NCBI GenBank assembly: GCA_007571305.1
Contig: RKRR01000153.1
Span: 35,441-99,440, forward strand
From: Candidatus Poribacteria bacterium
Lineage (GTDB): Bacteria; Poribacteria; WGA-4E; WGA-3G
Direction: 5' to 3'
Length of the DNA stretch: 64,000 nt
The position numbers were made by a program, and so were the translations under genes. Position 1 is the first letter of the stretch. The number at the start of each line of letters is the position of its first letter. Under the pieces are notes generated by a model. The model did not search any database. It saw nothing but the letters and a program-made list of their open reading frames with translations, and was not told where the DNA came from. Positions 48,515 through 59,425 of the stretch are shown here, piece by piece.

Positions 48515-49528
48515 CTATACAAAAAGCACCCACATTGGGCTTTCCCCAACTGAATAGTTGCCAATCGGTGTTAACGCTCCGCTTTCACGATTGATGCGAT
48601 AGGTAGCGAGTTTTCCTGATCCTTGACCACCGACAAAGAGAAGAGTGCCGGTTGCATCGATGTTAAAAACGCGAGGCGTAGGTTCGGTTAATTGATGCCC
48701 GACAGGACTGAGTTTCCCGCTCCCTTCGTCGATTGCGAATGCTGCGATGCTGTCATGTCCCCGATTGGAAACATAGAGATATTTTCCCTGCGGATCAACG
48801 TGAATCTGTGCACAGGTGTTCTCTCCTTCAAAATTCGCGGGAAGCGTAGACAAATCTTCTTGTAAATCTACCAAGGTTCCCGGGGCATCTTCTGTCCGAA
48901 GCGTGTATGCGGAGACGCTTGATCCTTGTTCATTTGAGGCGTAAAGGATGGGTGTGTTTGGGTGAAAAAGGACGTGGCGTGGTCCAATAGGGGCACCTGG
49001 ATTGAGGTTTCCTATAGGATTTTGTGTGAGAGTGCCTGTGTCTTCATCGAATTGAAACTGATAGATAGCATTCCGAGGCACGGTATGCGGTACAAACGCA
49101 AATCGGTTTGAGGCATCTGTTTCGATGCAGTGTGCGTGTATGTCGGTCTCAATAGTCTGTAGTGGTTCGCCTTGTACAGTTTTATCGTCGCCGATGGTAT
49201 GCACAGTGACTTTACCAGCACCGTAATAGGCGGAAAGCAGAAAATTACCGGTTTTGTCAGTAGCAATATAACAGGTATCGGCATCCAATTGGACTGTTCG
49301 CAAGTGGGTGAGATGTTTGGTCTTTTCATCGATACGGAAACTCGCGATTTCACGACTGGATCGTAGCCCAGCATAGAGATAGTTACCGCATAGTGAAAGT
49401 GTTAACGGACCCGGAGAACCGCTGACACCAATATTTTCCTGAAATTCAATGCCACCACTGGCTGCATCCAATGTGTAAATGGCGATTCTGTTTTCTCCTG
49501 CTATGGAGAGATAGAGATGAGTTTGCAT
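48515..49528 (-). CDS. lactonase family 7-bladed beta-propeller protein (6-phosphogluconolactonase-like)
   Basis: The repeated blade pattern resembles Pgl / 3-carboxymuconate cyclase-like proteins. Confidence 0.55.
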   Translation of the reverse strand: MQTHLYLSIAGENRIAIYTLDAASGGIEFQENIGVSGSPGPLTLSLCGNYLYAGLRSSREIASFRIDEKTKHLTHLRTVQLDADTCYIATDKTGNFLLSAYYGAGKVTVHTIGDDKTVQGEPLQTIETDIHAHCIETDASNRFAFVPHTVPRNAIYQFQFDEDTGTLTQNPIGNLNPGAPIGPRHVLFHPNTPILYASNEQGSSVSAYTLRTEDAPGTLVDLQEDLSTLPANFEGENTCAQIHVDPQGKYLYVSNRGHDSIAAFAIDEGSGKLSPVGHQLTEPTPRVFNIDATGTLLFVGGQGSGKLATYRINRESGALTPIGNYSVGESPMWVLFV

Positions 49529-49572
49529 ATTTATATACCTCAATGTATAGTATCCAATGTCTGAATCAGCAT

Positions 49573-50988
49573 TTATAGCACTGCTCTTTCACCAAAAGGC
49601 AGTCTTGGTAAAATATCTCTAAAATAGTCATGAACCTCGTAAATCTGTAGACGTGGGGCTTCCATTTCCAAAAACGGGTGTCGGTATGTTCCAGCGCGTG
49701 CTGCTTCTGTCCGCATGCCGTCTGTCGGCGGTGTCGTGACGACGAAAATGCCTAAATCCGCCTCGACATTCTGCATGGCAGTGCGGAAATCACGAATGTA
49801 CCCGATCGTATAGTTTCCGCCTTTTACCTGTGCGACGGCTTTCCCGTACGCCCGCCTGCCTCTTACCCTCCCGATCGGAAATCTGAAGGTACCATCTATC
49901 CCACCGTCTGCTACTCTTTTCGCATTAGATTTGAATTTCAGCACGTGAGTAACGCACCACTCCTCAAAACTTCTAGGATCGGTACGTGCAAGTTCTAATG
50001 CTTGTTCTACATTTTCTGGTGTCCCAGTAATATTGACGGTATCCCGGTGTTGTGGAAACAACCTCTCGAATTGCTGTTCGACTGCTCCGATAGCAAGATA
50101 GGTTAAGTCGATCCCGATCCACTCTCTGTTTAGTTCTTCTGCTGCCATTAGTGTTGTCCCACAGCCGCAAAACGGGTCAAGGATAAGGTCCCCTGCGTTT
50201 GACGAGGCTGCTACTATGCGTTTGTAAAGTTCAATCGGTTTTTGAGTAGGATAACTCACTCGTTCTTTCGCTTGTGAATTGAGATAAGAAATTTCCCACA
50301 CATCTCGCATGGCCTTTTCTCGACGGGTGTCACCTGTGTAAGTCTGCTCTAGAATTCCATTACTTTGCACAGCTGTTTTCCGTTTCCCTTTGTGTTTGGA
50401 CTTTTCACTATAAGGTTCTGTTAGTATGTTGAATTCACTTAAATTTCTGTCTTTTGTAGAAAACAAAATGATGTCATGCATCCTTTGAAAATGCTTTGTC
50501 GCACCTGTCCATCGGTGATATGCCCATACAATCTCGTTCATGAAGTTCCGAGCGTCAAAAACAGCGTCTAAAATGATTTTGAGGTAGTGGCTGGCTGTCG
50601 GATCGCAGTGTAGGTAAAGGCTGCCGGTGTTTTTGAGTATCCGGTGCATTTCCACAATTCTGACACCCATCATCACAAGATATGCCATCATAGGCGTTTC
50701 GTTCAGGAATTGCCGTAGCCCTTGAATGGTATCTCCTACCTTCCCACCGACTTCGACCATCAATTCCTCGTAGGCATCTTCTGCAGCATCGCCCCATCTC
50801 CAAGTATCGGTAAATGCTCTAACAAGGGTATCAGGTTCTCGTCCGTGTTCGTCACGGAACGGAACAAAATAGTCGCGCTTGGAATTGAAGGGCGGATCGG
50901 TGGCGATTAAATCAATGCATTCATCAGGAAAATTCTTCCGCATCTCTTCAAGGTTATCGCCGCGCACAAGTGTACGGTTTTCATACAT
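49573..50988 (-). CDS. beta-class DNA methyltransferase fused to a C-terminal Mrr-like restriction endonuclease domain
   Basis: N-terminal motif IV is DLIATDPPFN, followed by motif I DPFCGCGTTL (beta-class order). The last roughly 150 aa carry ADGGIDG...AQVK...GIFVVTTPPT, a close match to the Mrr catalytic-domain signature (D-GGIDx...Q(v/c)K...gifvtts). Confidence 0.65.
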   Translation of the reverse strand: MYENRTLVRGDNLEEMRKNFPDECIDLIATDPPFNSKRDYFVPFRDEHGREPDTLVRAFTDTWRWGDAAEDAYEELMVEVGGKVGDTIQGLRQFLNETPMMAYLVMMGVRIVEMHRILKNTGSLYLHCDPTASHYLKIILDAVFDARNFMNEIVWAYHRWTGATKHFQRMHDIILFSTKDRNLSEFNILTEPYSEKSKHKGKRKTAVQSNGILEQTYTGDTRREKAMRDVWEISYLNSQAKERVSYPTQKPIELYKRIVAASSNAGDLILDPFCGCGTTLMAAEELNREWIGIDLTYLAIGAVEQQFERLFPQHRDTVNITGTPENVEQALELARTDPRSFEEWCVTHVLKFKSNAKRVADGGIDGTFRFPIGRVRGRRAYGKAVAQVKGGNYTIGYIRDFRTAMQNVEADLGIFVVTTPPTDGMRTEAARAGTYRHPFLEMEAPRLQIYEVHDYFRDILPRLPFGERAVL

Positions 50989-51073
50989 TAGGGGCCTCCC
51001 TACTTATTAAAATAAACTTACCTGATATAGAGTCGGCATAAATAAAGCACAATATTGTCCGGAAAAATCCTGA

Positions 51074-52261
51074 TCAAAACTGCGAGATGAAAATACCGGC
51101 GGCACCCATGCCACCCCCGACACACATCGTTACCATGCCGTATTGATGATTTTGCCGCCGCATCTCATTAATCAGACTTACGGTGAGTTTTGTACCTGTG
51201 CAACCGAGCGGGTGCCCTAAGGCAACTGCACCCCCATTGACGTTAACCTTTTCAGGTGGTAATTGCGCCTCTTGAATTACGGCGAGAGCTTGCACAGCAA
51301 ACGCTTCGTTTAATTCTATGACATCTATATCGGCTAAAGTTAACCCAGCGGTCGCAAGTGCTTTCGGAATTGCGGGGACCGGTCCGATTCCCATGATTTC
51401 GGGAGCAACGCCCGCTGTAGCGTAACTGACGAAACGAGCTAACGGATCGTAACCTCCTGTGTTCGCTCGCTCCTCGGACATGAGGACAACAGCGGCAGCA
51501 CCATCACTCATTTGGGAAGCATTGCCAGCGGTTACGGTGCCGTCTACATGAAAAACAGGTTTAAGAGATGCCAACGCTTCTGGCGATGTATCTCGGCGGG
51601 GTCCTTCATCCGTATCAAACACAGCACAGGTAGTTTCGGACGTATTTTCCGAGTCGAAGTGCGTTTCTTCTATTGTCAGAGGCACGATCTCTTCTTTGAA
51701 TCTACCTGCCTCAATCGCTGCGATTGCTTTGCGATGGCTTTCATAGGCATAAGTGTCTTGTGCGCCGCGAGATATATCATACTTTCGCGCCAAGTTTTCG
51801 GCAGTCAATCCCATGCTGAGGTATGCATCAGGGGTGTGTGCTATGAGCGTAGGGTTCGGCGAAAGGTTGGCACCAAACGGTACTTGACTCATACTCTCTA
51901 CACCTCCAGCAATGACCACTTCAGCACGCCCGGATAGAATCTGCTCCGCTCCCATTGCTATCGTTTCTAAACCAGATGCACAGAATCGATTGATTGTCAG
52001 AGCAGGGATGGAAACAGGAAACCCTGCGCGTAAACTGGCAATACGAGCGACGTTGTAACCCTGCGGTCCCTCATGTGTGGCACATCCGATGATGACATCG
52101 TCGATGGCATCCAGATCGAAGTGTGAAAGTTGCTCAACAACTCCACGGAGGGCAGCCGCAGTGAGTTCATCTGGACGTGTGTTTTTGAGTGCTCCTCTTC
52201 CCGCTTTTCCGACGGCTGTCCGTGCCGCAGATACGATAACCACGTTTGGTGTTGTTTGCAT
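51074..52261 (-). CDS. acetyl-CoA C-acyltransferase (thiolase)
   Basis: The thiolase active-site Cys region (NRFCASGL), and the C-terminal GGG and CxG motifs (NGGAVALGHPLGCTG), are present. Confidence 0.9.
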   Translation of the reverse strand: MQTTPNVVIVSAARTAVGKAGRGALKNTRPDELTAAALRGVVEQLSHFDLDAIDDVIIGCATHEGPQGYNVARIASLRAGFPVSIPALTINRFCASGLETIAMGAEQILSGRAEVVIAGGVESMSQVPFGANLSPNPTLIAHTPDAYLSMGLTAENLARKYDISRGAQDTYAYESHRKAIAAIEAGRFKEEIVPLTIEETHFDSENTSETTCAVFDTDEGPRRDTSPEALASLKPVFHVDGTVTAGNASQMSDGAAAVVLMSEERANTGGYDPLARFVSYATAGVAPEIMGIGPVPAIPKALATAGLTLADIDVIELNEAFAVQALAVIQEAQLPPEKVNVNGGAVALGHPLGCTGTKLTVSLINEMRRQNHQYGMVTMCVGGGMGAAGIFISQF

Positions 52262-53247
52262 TATTTTCTACCCTTCTGGAGCGTTGCTGCTATCCGGGCA
52301 TGGGTTTCCGGCTGTCCACAAAGACTGAGGAATGTCTCGTGCTCGAGGTCAAGCAGGTATTGTTCGGTGACGAATTGTGGGGTTGAAAACGTGCCACCAC
52401 AGAGAACAAATGCTAATTTGTTGGCGAGGTGCTGCGTATAATCGTCGATCACGCCTGACTGTCGGAGTAGGTGTGTTTGTAGGTTGAGTCGAGCAATACC
52501 CTCTTCACCAAGCACAAATATCTGTGGCGGTTCGGGTGGCTGATAATCTGCTTTGTGCAGTGAAAGGACAAGTTGCTTGGCATCCTCAAAATGCGCCTCT
52601 GGATCCGATGAAACGGCATCGGTGCGACGAAGGTAACCGAGTTCCACTGCGTCTGTCGCGTTCTGTGAAACCTTGGATTCACAGAGTGTATCAAAAACTC
52701 TATTTATATAGGGAAATAACGTCTGAATCGGGGCAGTTGGAGACTGTTCTTCCAGGCATCGAAATGCCATTTCTTTAGTGCCACCACCAACAGGAATAAG
52801 CCCAACGCGGAGTTCAACGAGACCGAGGTAACTCTCAGTGAAGGCTTGCACTGCATCAGCACCGAATGTGAGTTCGCACCCCCCACCGAGTGCCATACCT
52901 GCTGTCGCCGCGACGACGGGCTTTGATACCGTCCGAAGTCGTGTGCAAACAGATTGAAGTTTCTGGACTGTTGCCGAGATAGCGTCCCAATCTTTGTTCT
53001 TGGCATGCTCTAATAGAAGAATCAGATTGAGTCCCACCGAAAAATTTTTCGCTTCCGTCGCGATAATCATGCCTGCATAATTGCTTTCTACCTCGTCGAG
53101 TGCTGTGTTGAATATCTCCAGTGTCCCGTCCTCTATGATGTTCAATTTACTATGCAGTTCAAGTCGAACAATGCCATCGCCGATGTCTATCAGGCTCGCA
53201 TCGGTGTTGGATATGATGGGGTTAGCATCTGAGGGGTTGGATGACAT
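52261..53247 (-). CDS. enoyl-CoA hydratase/isomerase (crotonase fold) family protein
   Basis: The crotonase oxyanion-hole segment (VAATAGMALGGGCELTFGAD) is present. Its stop overlaps the thiolase start. Confidence 0.6.
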   Translation of the reverse strand: MSSNPSDANPIISNTDASLIDIGDGIVRLELHSKLNIIEDGTLEIFNTALDEVESNYAGMIIATEAKNFSVGLNLILLLEHAKNKDWDAISATVQKLQSVCTRLRTVSKPVVAATAGMALGGGCELTFGADAVQAFTESYLGLVELRVGLIPVGGGTKEMAFRCLEEQSPTAPIQTLFPYINRVFDTLCESKVSQNATDAVELGYLRRTDAVSSDPEAHFEDAKQLVLSLHKADYQPPEPPQIFVLGEEGIARLNLQTHLLRQSGVIDDYTQHLANKLAFVLCGGTFSTPQFVTEQYLLDLEHETFLSLCGQPETHARIAATLQKGRK

Positions 53248-53287
53248 CTTAAAATTCCTTGCTATCCCAGGCGAGTTCCGCTTGGTT

Positions 53288-53400
53288 GAGAATAATGGGT
53301 TTCTGTTTATTCATGGAGGTTATTCTAACCCAAGTTGCTGCCTTGTAGCATAACCTGTTAGGTTGTGCAGCTTTGGACCCAGGAAACTACCGGCCTACGC
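53288..53400. repeat. partial MITE-family copy (left TIR AACCCAAGTTGC + hairpin module only)
   Basis: It begins AACCCAAGTTGCTGCCTTGTAGCATAACCTGTTAGGTTGTGCA and also carries CTACGAAATGC, which is shared with the full copies in reverse orientation. No right TIR was found. Confidence 0.45.
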
Positions 53401-53547
53401 TACGAAATGCTGCAGATCCTGAGCGTTTTCTAATAAAAAATAGCAGATGCATCTCTAAAATTATGTCCTTAGTAACTTAGGTTATTCTAACAAATCAGGA
53501 GAGATTTTACAACATTTTTTCACGCGAAATGGACATGGAGTCATGTC

Positions 53548-53584
53548 GCAAAAAAAGAAAAAGGCAGGCACAGAGACCTGCCCT
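53548..53584 (-). terminator. intrinsic terminator downstream of ilvD
   Basis: A GGCAGG-(9 nt)-CCTGCC hairpin on the minus strand is followed by UUUUUCUUUUUUU. Confidence 0.55.
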
Positions 53585-53607
53585 TACGAATAGGAGTAAG
53601 CTAACTT

Positions 53608-55287
53608 CTATCCTGTCACAGCACCTTCAGAAGCAGAAGCAACCGAATTGGCATACTTCGCCATGACTCCGCGAGCATAGCGCGGTTCAGGGGGAGTCCA
53701 CTGCTCAAAACGCTCTTGAATTTCAGCTTCGGAAAGTTCGACATCGAGTCGTCGTTCCTTGGCATCAATCACGATTTCGTCCCCCTCTTGGAGGATGGCG
53801 ATGGGACCGCCTTTCGCTGCTTCAGGCGCGACATGACAAATCATGAAACCGTGTGTCGCACCCGAAAATCTACCATCGGTTAAGAGAGCGACATCTTCGC
53901 TCAAACCTGCTCCGACGATTGCTGCCGTTACGCCTAACATCTCGCGCATCCCAGGCCCCCCGGTAGGGCCTTCATAACGAATAACGACAACGTCTCCGGG
54001 TTTAATCTCCCCACCTTTAATGGCTGCGAAGGTGTCCTCCTCACGGTCAAAGATACGCGCAGGACCCCTATGGAGGGTTTTATCCTGCCCAGCTAACTTG
54101 ATGACACACCCATCCGGAGCGAGATTGCCCCTCAAGATAGCGAAACCGCCCGTTGGTTTGAGAGGTGCATCTACAGGTCTGACGACCCGTTGCCCCGTGG
54201 TTTCGGTAGCTGCATTTGCCTCTTCACCGATAGTTCGGCCGGTGACGGTGAGTTCGTCGGTGTGGAGCAACCCCGCTTCTACCAAACGTTTCGCTAAGAA
54301 GGGAATACCGCCCGCTTCATAGAGATCGTTGGCAACAAACTGCCCACCGGGTTTTAGGTCTGCTAACACGGGTGTTCTTTGACTAATAACGTGGAAGTCC
54401 TCAAGGGTTAGAGGAATCTGTGCCTCGTGTGCGATGGCGAGGAGATGGAGAACCCCATTGGTAGAGCCTCCGGTCGCGGCGACAGAGGTAATTGCATTCT
54501 CAAGCGACTTACGGGTGATAATTTGGCTCGGTCTCCGGTCAACAGCGAGCATATCTACGAGGAGCTGCCCGGCTTTATACGCCTCATCATCCTTGTCATC
54601 TACAACAGCGGGAACACTACCACTTCCCATCGGAGCGATACCCAACATTTCAACGGCTGTCGCCATTGTATTGGCAGTAAACTGTCCGCCACACGCCCCA
54701 GGCCCCGGACATCCCTTACGAATGAGGTCATCAAGTTCCTCAACCGTGATTCGGCCTTCTGCGTGTTGCCCGACCGCCTCAAACACGTCTTGAATGGTGA
54801 CATCGCGTCCCTGAAACTTACCCGGCATGATTGAGCCGCCGTAGAGGGTGAGCGATGGAATATCTAACCGTGCCAAGGCCATGACGGTGCCAGGGACGGT
54901 CTTGTCGCATCCACAGAGTGTTACGACAGCATCAAACATGTTGCCGATAGAAACCAACTCGATGGAATCTGCGATGATTTCTCGGCTGATGAGCGAAGTT
55001 TTCATGCCTTCGGTGCCCATCGTGATGCCATCAGAGATACTCACAGTGTTGAATTCAAGAGGCGTACCACCTGCATCGCGGATACCCTCTTTGACCTTAG
55101 CGGCAAGCCGTCTCAGATGAAAGTTACAAGGACCTATTTCGATCCAAGTATTCGCAACCCCGATAATCGGTTTGTCAAGATCTTCAGGTGACAGTCCGTC
55201 ATCTCCAAACATGAGCATGGTGCGTGCGGCGGCGCGGTCTGGTCCGTCAGTGATCGCATAACTCCGGGGTTTCAACTTATTGGACAT
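53608..55287 (-). CDS. ilvD: dihydroxy-acid dehydratase
   Basis: IlvD/EDD family motifs are present (CDKTVPG, the Fe-S cysteines, SGG). Confidence 0.9.
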   Translation of the reverse strand: MSNKLKPRSYAITDGPDRAAARTMLMFGDDGLSPEDLDKPIIGVANTWIEIGPCNFHLRRLAAKVKEGIRDAGGTPLEFNTVSISDGITMGTEGMKTSLISREIIADSIELVSIGNMFDAVVTLCGCDKTVPGTVMALARLDIPSLTLYGGSIMPGKFQGRDVTIQDVFEAVGQHAEGRITVEELDDLIRKGCPGPGACGGQFTANTMATAVEMLGIAPMGSGSVPAVVDDKDDEAYKAGQLLVDMLAVDRRPSQIITRKSLENAITSVAATGGSTNGVLHLLAIAHEAQIPLTLEDFHVISQRTPVLADLKPGGQFVANDLYEAGGIPFLAKRLVEAGLLHTDELTVTGRTIGEEANAATETTGQRVVRPVDAPLKPTGGFAILRGNLAPDGCVIKLAGQDKTLHRGPARIFDREEDTFAAIKGGEIKPGDVVVIRYEGPTGGPGMREMLGVTAAIVGAGLSEDVALLTDGRFSGATHGFMICHVAPEAAKGGPIAILQEGDEIVIDAKERRLDVELSEAEIQERFEQWTPPEPRYARGVMAKYANSVASASEGAVTG

Positions 55288-55440
55288 TTGTTTCTGTTCT
55301 CCTACAAAAGGTAAATTGGCTTCCCAACAACACCGAAATTTAGAAATCGCAACTACATTGCAAATTCGTAGATAAGTTCTCCATCTGGCGCGTCTTTCAG
55401 TCTTGAAATGATGGTGCCTGCTTCCTGCGTTGCCTATCTC

Positions 55441-57798
55441 CTACATGCCCAGCCAATCGTTCAACATACCGCCGTACTTCGCGATAAGACCGGCAAACAC
55501 GACAGACACCATAGACATCAACTTAATCAAAATGTTGAGCGAGGGACCGGAGGTGTCTTTGAAGGGGTCTCCGACGGTATCACCGACAACGGTAGCTTTA
55601 TGCTGATCGGAGCCCTTTTCACCGTATTCGTCTTTGTGACTACCTTCTTCAATAAATTTCTTAGCGTTGTCCCATGCACCACCGGCATTTGCCATCATAA
55701 TCGCGAGAACAAACCCGGTTGCCAATCCACCGGCGAGCAATCCTAATACACCACCGACATCAAAAACCAATCCGACAGCGACTGGCACAATAATAGCAAT
55801 GAGTGATGGAAAGATCATTTCCCGTTGTGCACCAACTGTTGAGATTTCGACACATCGTGCGTAATCCGGTTTCTCTTCGCCCCTCATAATGCCGGGTTTC
55901 TCTCGGAATTGGCGACGGACTTCTGCAACCATGGCTCCAGCAGCACGCCCTACGGCTTTCATCGTCAATGCACAGAAATAGAACGCCATCACCGCACCGA
56001 TGAACAATCCGATGAGGACTTGTGGATTCATCAGGGTAACGTTATAGTAATCCATGAATTGACTGACGGTGACCTTCAGCGTCTCGACTGTGCCTTCACC
56101 GTCAATGTCCAACGTATCCTTGCCTGCTAGGTGGATCAATCCGTAACGGATTTCTTCTAAGTAAGCGGCTAAGAGTGCGAGTGCTGTTAAGGCGGCTGAA
56201 CCGATTGCAAACCCTTTGCCAGTTGCGGCTGTTGTGTTACCAAGTGCGTCCAACTGATCCGTGCGTTCTCGGACATTTTTATCCAGTTTTGCCATCTCGG
56301 CGTTTCCACCAGCGTTGTCTGCGATGGGTCCGTATGCATCTGTAGCGAGAGTAATACCGAGCGTCGCCAGCATACCAACAGCAGCGATACCGACACCGTA
56401 AAGCCCCATCAGTGGTTCGGTCGCTCCACCGGGGAGGTAATAACTGACAGCAACTGCAACAACAATCGTTATGACTGGAATCGCTGTTGATTCCATACCG
56501 ACAGCAATGCCTTCAATAATCACCGTTGCGGGTCCGGTTTGTGCCTGCTTGGCAATGGCACGAGTTGGAGCGTAATCGTGAGAGGTAAAGATTTCGGTAA
56601 CTTTGCCGATAACTAAGCCTGCCACAAGTCCAGCGATAATTGCGCCCCACACCTGCCACTTGTTCGGAAGATCAAGGTAGATAAGCACTGGCAGCGACAA
56701 GACAGCAATGCCGATAGCACTGCCGTTAATGCCGAAGTTAAGTGAACCCATCAACTGCTTCATCGACGCGCCCTCTTTTGTCCGCACCATATAGATACCC
56801 AAAATCGAGAGAAGCACGCCGATACCGGCGATAATCATCGGTGCCGAGAGGTATTTCAACTGGTCAACGAGGTTACTGTGATCTTTCGCTGCTACAGCCG
56901 CAACACCGAGGGCAGCGGTCGCGAGAATAGATCCCGCATAGGATTCATAGAGATCCGCTCCCATGCCTGCGACATCGCCGACGTTATCACCGACGTTATC
57001 TGCTATAGCAGCGGGGTTCCGTGGATCGTCCTCCGGAATTCCGGCTTCAACTTTCCCGACCAGATCCGCACCAACATCCGCTGCTTTCGTATAGATGCCA
57101 CCGCCAACACGGGCGAAGAGTGCCTGTGTTGAGGCACCCATGCCGAAACTCAGCATAATTACAGTAATTTGCGGCAGAGGGTTCACTTCTAAGAATCCGG
57201 GCAGTATTTTTGGGAAGAGGTAATAGAGAATGAGGAACCAGCCGGTAATGTCAAGGAGCGCAAATCCAACAACGATCAATCCCATGACTGCCCCAGCACG
57301 GAAGGAGACCTTTAAACCGGCGTTGAGCCCTTGCATCGCTGCACTTGTCGTGCGTGCGGAGGCGTTTGTAGCGGTTTTCATGCCGAGGAAACCGCAGAGT
57401 CCTGAGAAAAAACCACCTGTGAGAAAAGCGAATGGGATAACCTTGTTTTGGGCATCAAGGACGAAAGCCATGAAAATAAAAATGAGACAGAGGACAACAA
57501 AAACGATGCCTACAACTTTGTACTGTTGTCTGATATATGCCATCGCGCCTTCACGGACAGATTGCGCGATGTCGCGCATTGTTTCGTTCCCTTCATCCTG
57601 TTTCATCACGGATCGGTAAAAATGATAAGCAAATCCCAAAGCGATGAGTGAGCCGATGGGGGCAATCCACCATACCGGGGGCACAGCGGGAGGGGAGTCT
57701 GTTTGGGCGAAAGCCGTGGTGGCTAAATTCAGAACGGGCAGGGATATCAGAAGTGTCTTCCAATTTAGCCACCGTTTCTTATAGATGATATCACGCAT
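55441..57798 (-). CDS. hppA: membrane-bound proton/sodium-translocating pyrophosphatase
   Basis: The H+-PPase signatures GGIYTKAADVGADLVGKVE and DNVGDNVGD are present, with about 16 transmembrane helices over 785 aa. Confidence 0.9.
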   Translation of the reverse strand: MRDIIYKKRWLNWKTLLISLPVLNLATTAFAQTDSPPAVPPVWWIAPIGSLIALGFAYHFYRSVMKQDEGNETMRDIAQSVREGAMAYIRQQYKVVGIVFVVLCLIFIFMAFVLDAQNKVIPFAFLTGGFFSGLCGFLGMKTATNASARTTSAAMQGLNAGLKVSFRAGAVMGLIVVGFALLDITGWFLILYYLFPKILPGFLEVNPLPQITVIMLSFGMGASTQALFARVGGGIYTKAADVGADLVGKVEAGIPEDDPRNPAAIADNVGDNVGDVAGMGADLYESYAGSILATAALGVAAVAAKDHSNLVDQLKYLSAPMIIAGIGVLLSILGIYMVRTKEGASMKQLMGSLNFGINGSAIGIAVLSLPVLIYLDLPNKWQVWGAIIAGLVAGLVIGKVTEIFTSHDYAPTRAIAKQAQTGPATVIIEGIAVGMESTAIPVITIVVAVAVSYYLPGGATEPLMGLYGVGIAAVGMLATLGITLATDAYGPIADNAGGNAEMAKLDKNVRERTDQLDALGNTTAATGKGFAIGSAALTALALLAAYLEEIRYGLIHLAGKDTLDIDGEGTVETLKVTVSQFMDYYNVTLMNPQVLIGLFIGAVMAFYFCALTMKAVGRAAGAMVAEVRRQFREKPGIMRGEEKPDYARCVEISTVGAQREMIFPSLIAIIVPVAVGLVFDVGGVLGLLAGGLATGFVLAIMMANAGGAWDNAKKFIEEGSHKDEYGEKGSDQHKATVVGDTVGDPFKDTSGPSLNILIKLMSMVSVVFAGLIAKYGGMLNDWLGM

Positions 57799-57877
57799 TT
57801 TTTTAAATTTTTCCTTTCGGATAAATAACGAAGTTTAAGACTTTAAGGTTTTCCGTGTTCGAGTTGAAGAAACACTA

Positions 57878-57903
57878 GATTTCGTCTGAGGAGAGACGAA
57901 ATC
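57878..57903. terminator. perfect 10-bp stem hairpin between folC and hppA
   Basis: GATTTCGTCT-GAGGAG-AGACGAAATC. It lies downstream of folC on the minus strand. The U-tract is weak. Confidence 0.3.
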
Positions 57904-57997
57904 CGTTCCTTGTATTACATTGCGAAACCCTGCACCCTTTTTGTAGGACACCTGGGTTTTGATGCGATGCCTGTACTGGTTACAGGCTTGTGCTCTT

Positions 57998-59416
57998 TCA
58001 TTGAGAAGGAGCAATTCCAATGCTATCTTCCGCTGAAATATCTAAATTAAATGTTTCAAGTGCCTGACCGACGAGATAGAGCGAACCTGTAACACAGATT
58101 AAATCTGTCGGTGATGCCTCGGATAATGCCTTTGTAATTGCTTCCTCCGGTGTTGAACACACGGTAATTTTATCAAACATACTCTTCCAGGCACGCTGTA
58201 TTTCCTCAGCGGGCATCACACGCGGGTTATTGAGAACCTGTGTAGTAATCACGAAATCTGCTGTTTGTGAAATAACACTACCAATTGGTGTAAGATTTTT
58301 ATCTCTCATGAGGCTAACAATAAACGTCACCCGACTGTAACGAAAGCTCTGACGGAGCGTGCTGCAGAGTGCCTCCATTGAGGCAGGAGAATGCGCTCCA
58401 TCAAGGACGACAATCGGTGAAGACTTAATGCGTTGGATGCGACCGTGCCATTGTACTTTCTTAAATCCGGTATAAACACTGGTTTTCGGAACTCTGTATC
58501 CCCTCTGCTTCAGGCATTCAATCGCCGCAACAGCAGTCGTCGCGTTTATAAACTGATGATGTCCAAGGAGCGGCATGGTGAGTTGCGGATAACTCTCAGA
58601 ATCCGTTTCCATATCAAATTGCTGTGCTATAGGCATACCATTGACATCTCGGACGAGACGCGGGTTTGGGGTACAAGAATCTTGCACGACCAAATCCTTA
58701 GATTCAACGATAGATGCTTTGCGCCCGCTTGCCACCTTCTCAAATACCGTTCGAGCTTCCGGGTGTTGTGGTGCGAGTGCCAAGGGACATCCCTGTTTAA
58801 TGATTTCGGCTTTCTCTTTTGCTATCTCGGTATATGTTTCCCCCAAGATCGTGGTATGCTCTAAACCGATCGGTGTAACAACGGTTACAACAGGCGTAAC
58901 GACGTTCGTTGCATCGAGTCTACCCCCTAAACCGACCTCAATAACAGCAAAGTCTGTTCCTTTGTCGGCAAAATAGGAAAAAGCGAGTGCTGTATATATT
59001 TCAAAAAACGAAACGCGTCCGAATTCGGAAGTGGAAACAGTCTCAATTACGGGTTTGAGTTTCTCAATATAGTAAGCAACATCTGACTTTGAAATTAACG
59101 CACCGTCAATGCGGCACCGTTCCCGCGGCGTGATGAGATGTGGAGATGTAAATAAACCTGTTTTATACCCTGCATGCGTAAGTACCGACGCTATGAGTGC
59201 AGCGGTAGAGCCTTTGCCTTTGCTTCCTGCAATATGGACAACCCGCAGTTTATTATGTGGATTGCCGAGCAATTTTAGGAGCAGGGAAATCCTATCTAAA
59301 TTATAGAGCCGCGCCTGCCGTGAAAAATCAGGACTCCTTTCATAGTCAATAAACCCTTCAACGTAGGCGAGTGCGGCTTTGTAATCCAATTTTCCGATGC
59401 TCCGGTTCAGACACAC
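57998..59416 (-). CDS. folC: bifunctional folylpolyglutamate synthase / dihydrofolate synthase
   Basis: The Mur-ligase P-loop (HIAGSKGKGST) and FolC-type C-terminal domain are present. Confidence 0.8.
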   Translation of the reverse strand: MCLNRSIGKLDYKAALAYVEGFIDYERSPDFSRQARLYNLDRISLLLKLLGNPHNKLRVVHIAGSKGKGSTAALIASVLTHAGYKTGLFTSPHLITPRERCRIDGALISKSDVAYYIEKLKPVIETVSTSEFGRVSFFEIYTALAFSYFADKGTDFAVIEVGLGGRLDATNVVTPVVTVVTPIGLEHTTILGETYTEIAKEKAEIIKQGCPLALAPQHPEARTVFEKVASGRKASIVESKDLVVQDSCTPNPRLVRDVNGMPIAQQFDMETDSESYPQLTMPLLGHHQFINATTAVAAIECLKQRGYRVPKTSVYTGFKKVQWHGRIQRIKSSPIVVLDGAHSPASMEALCSTLRQSFRYSRVTFIVSLMRDKNLTPIGSVISQTADFVITTQVLNNPRVMPAEEIQRAWKSMFDKITVCSTPEEAITKALSEASPTDLICVTGSLYLVGQALETFNLDISAEDSIGIAPSQ

Positions 59417-59425
59417 GACGTATGT

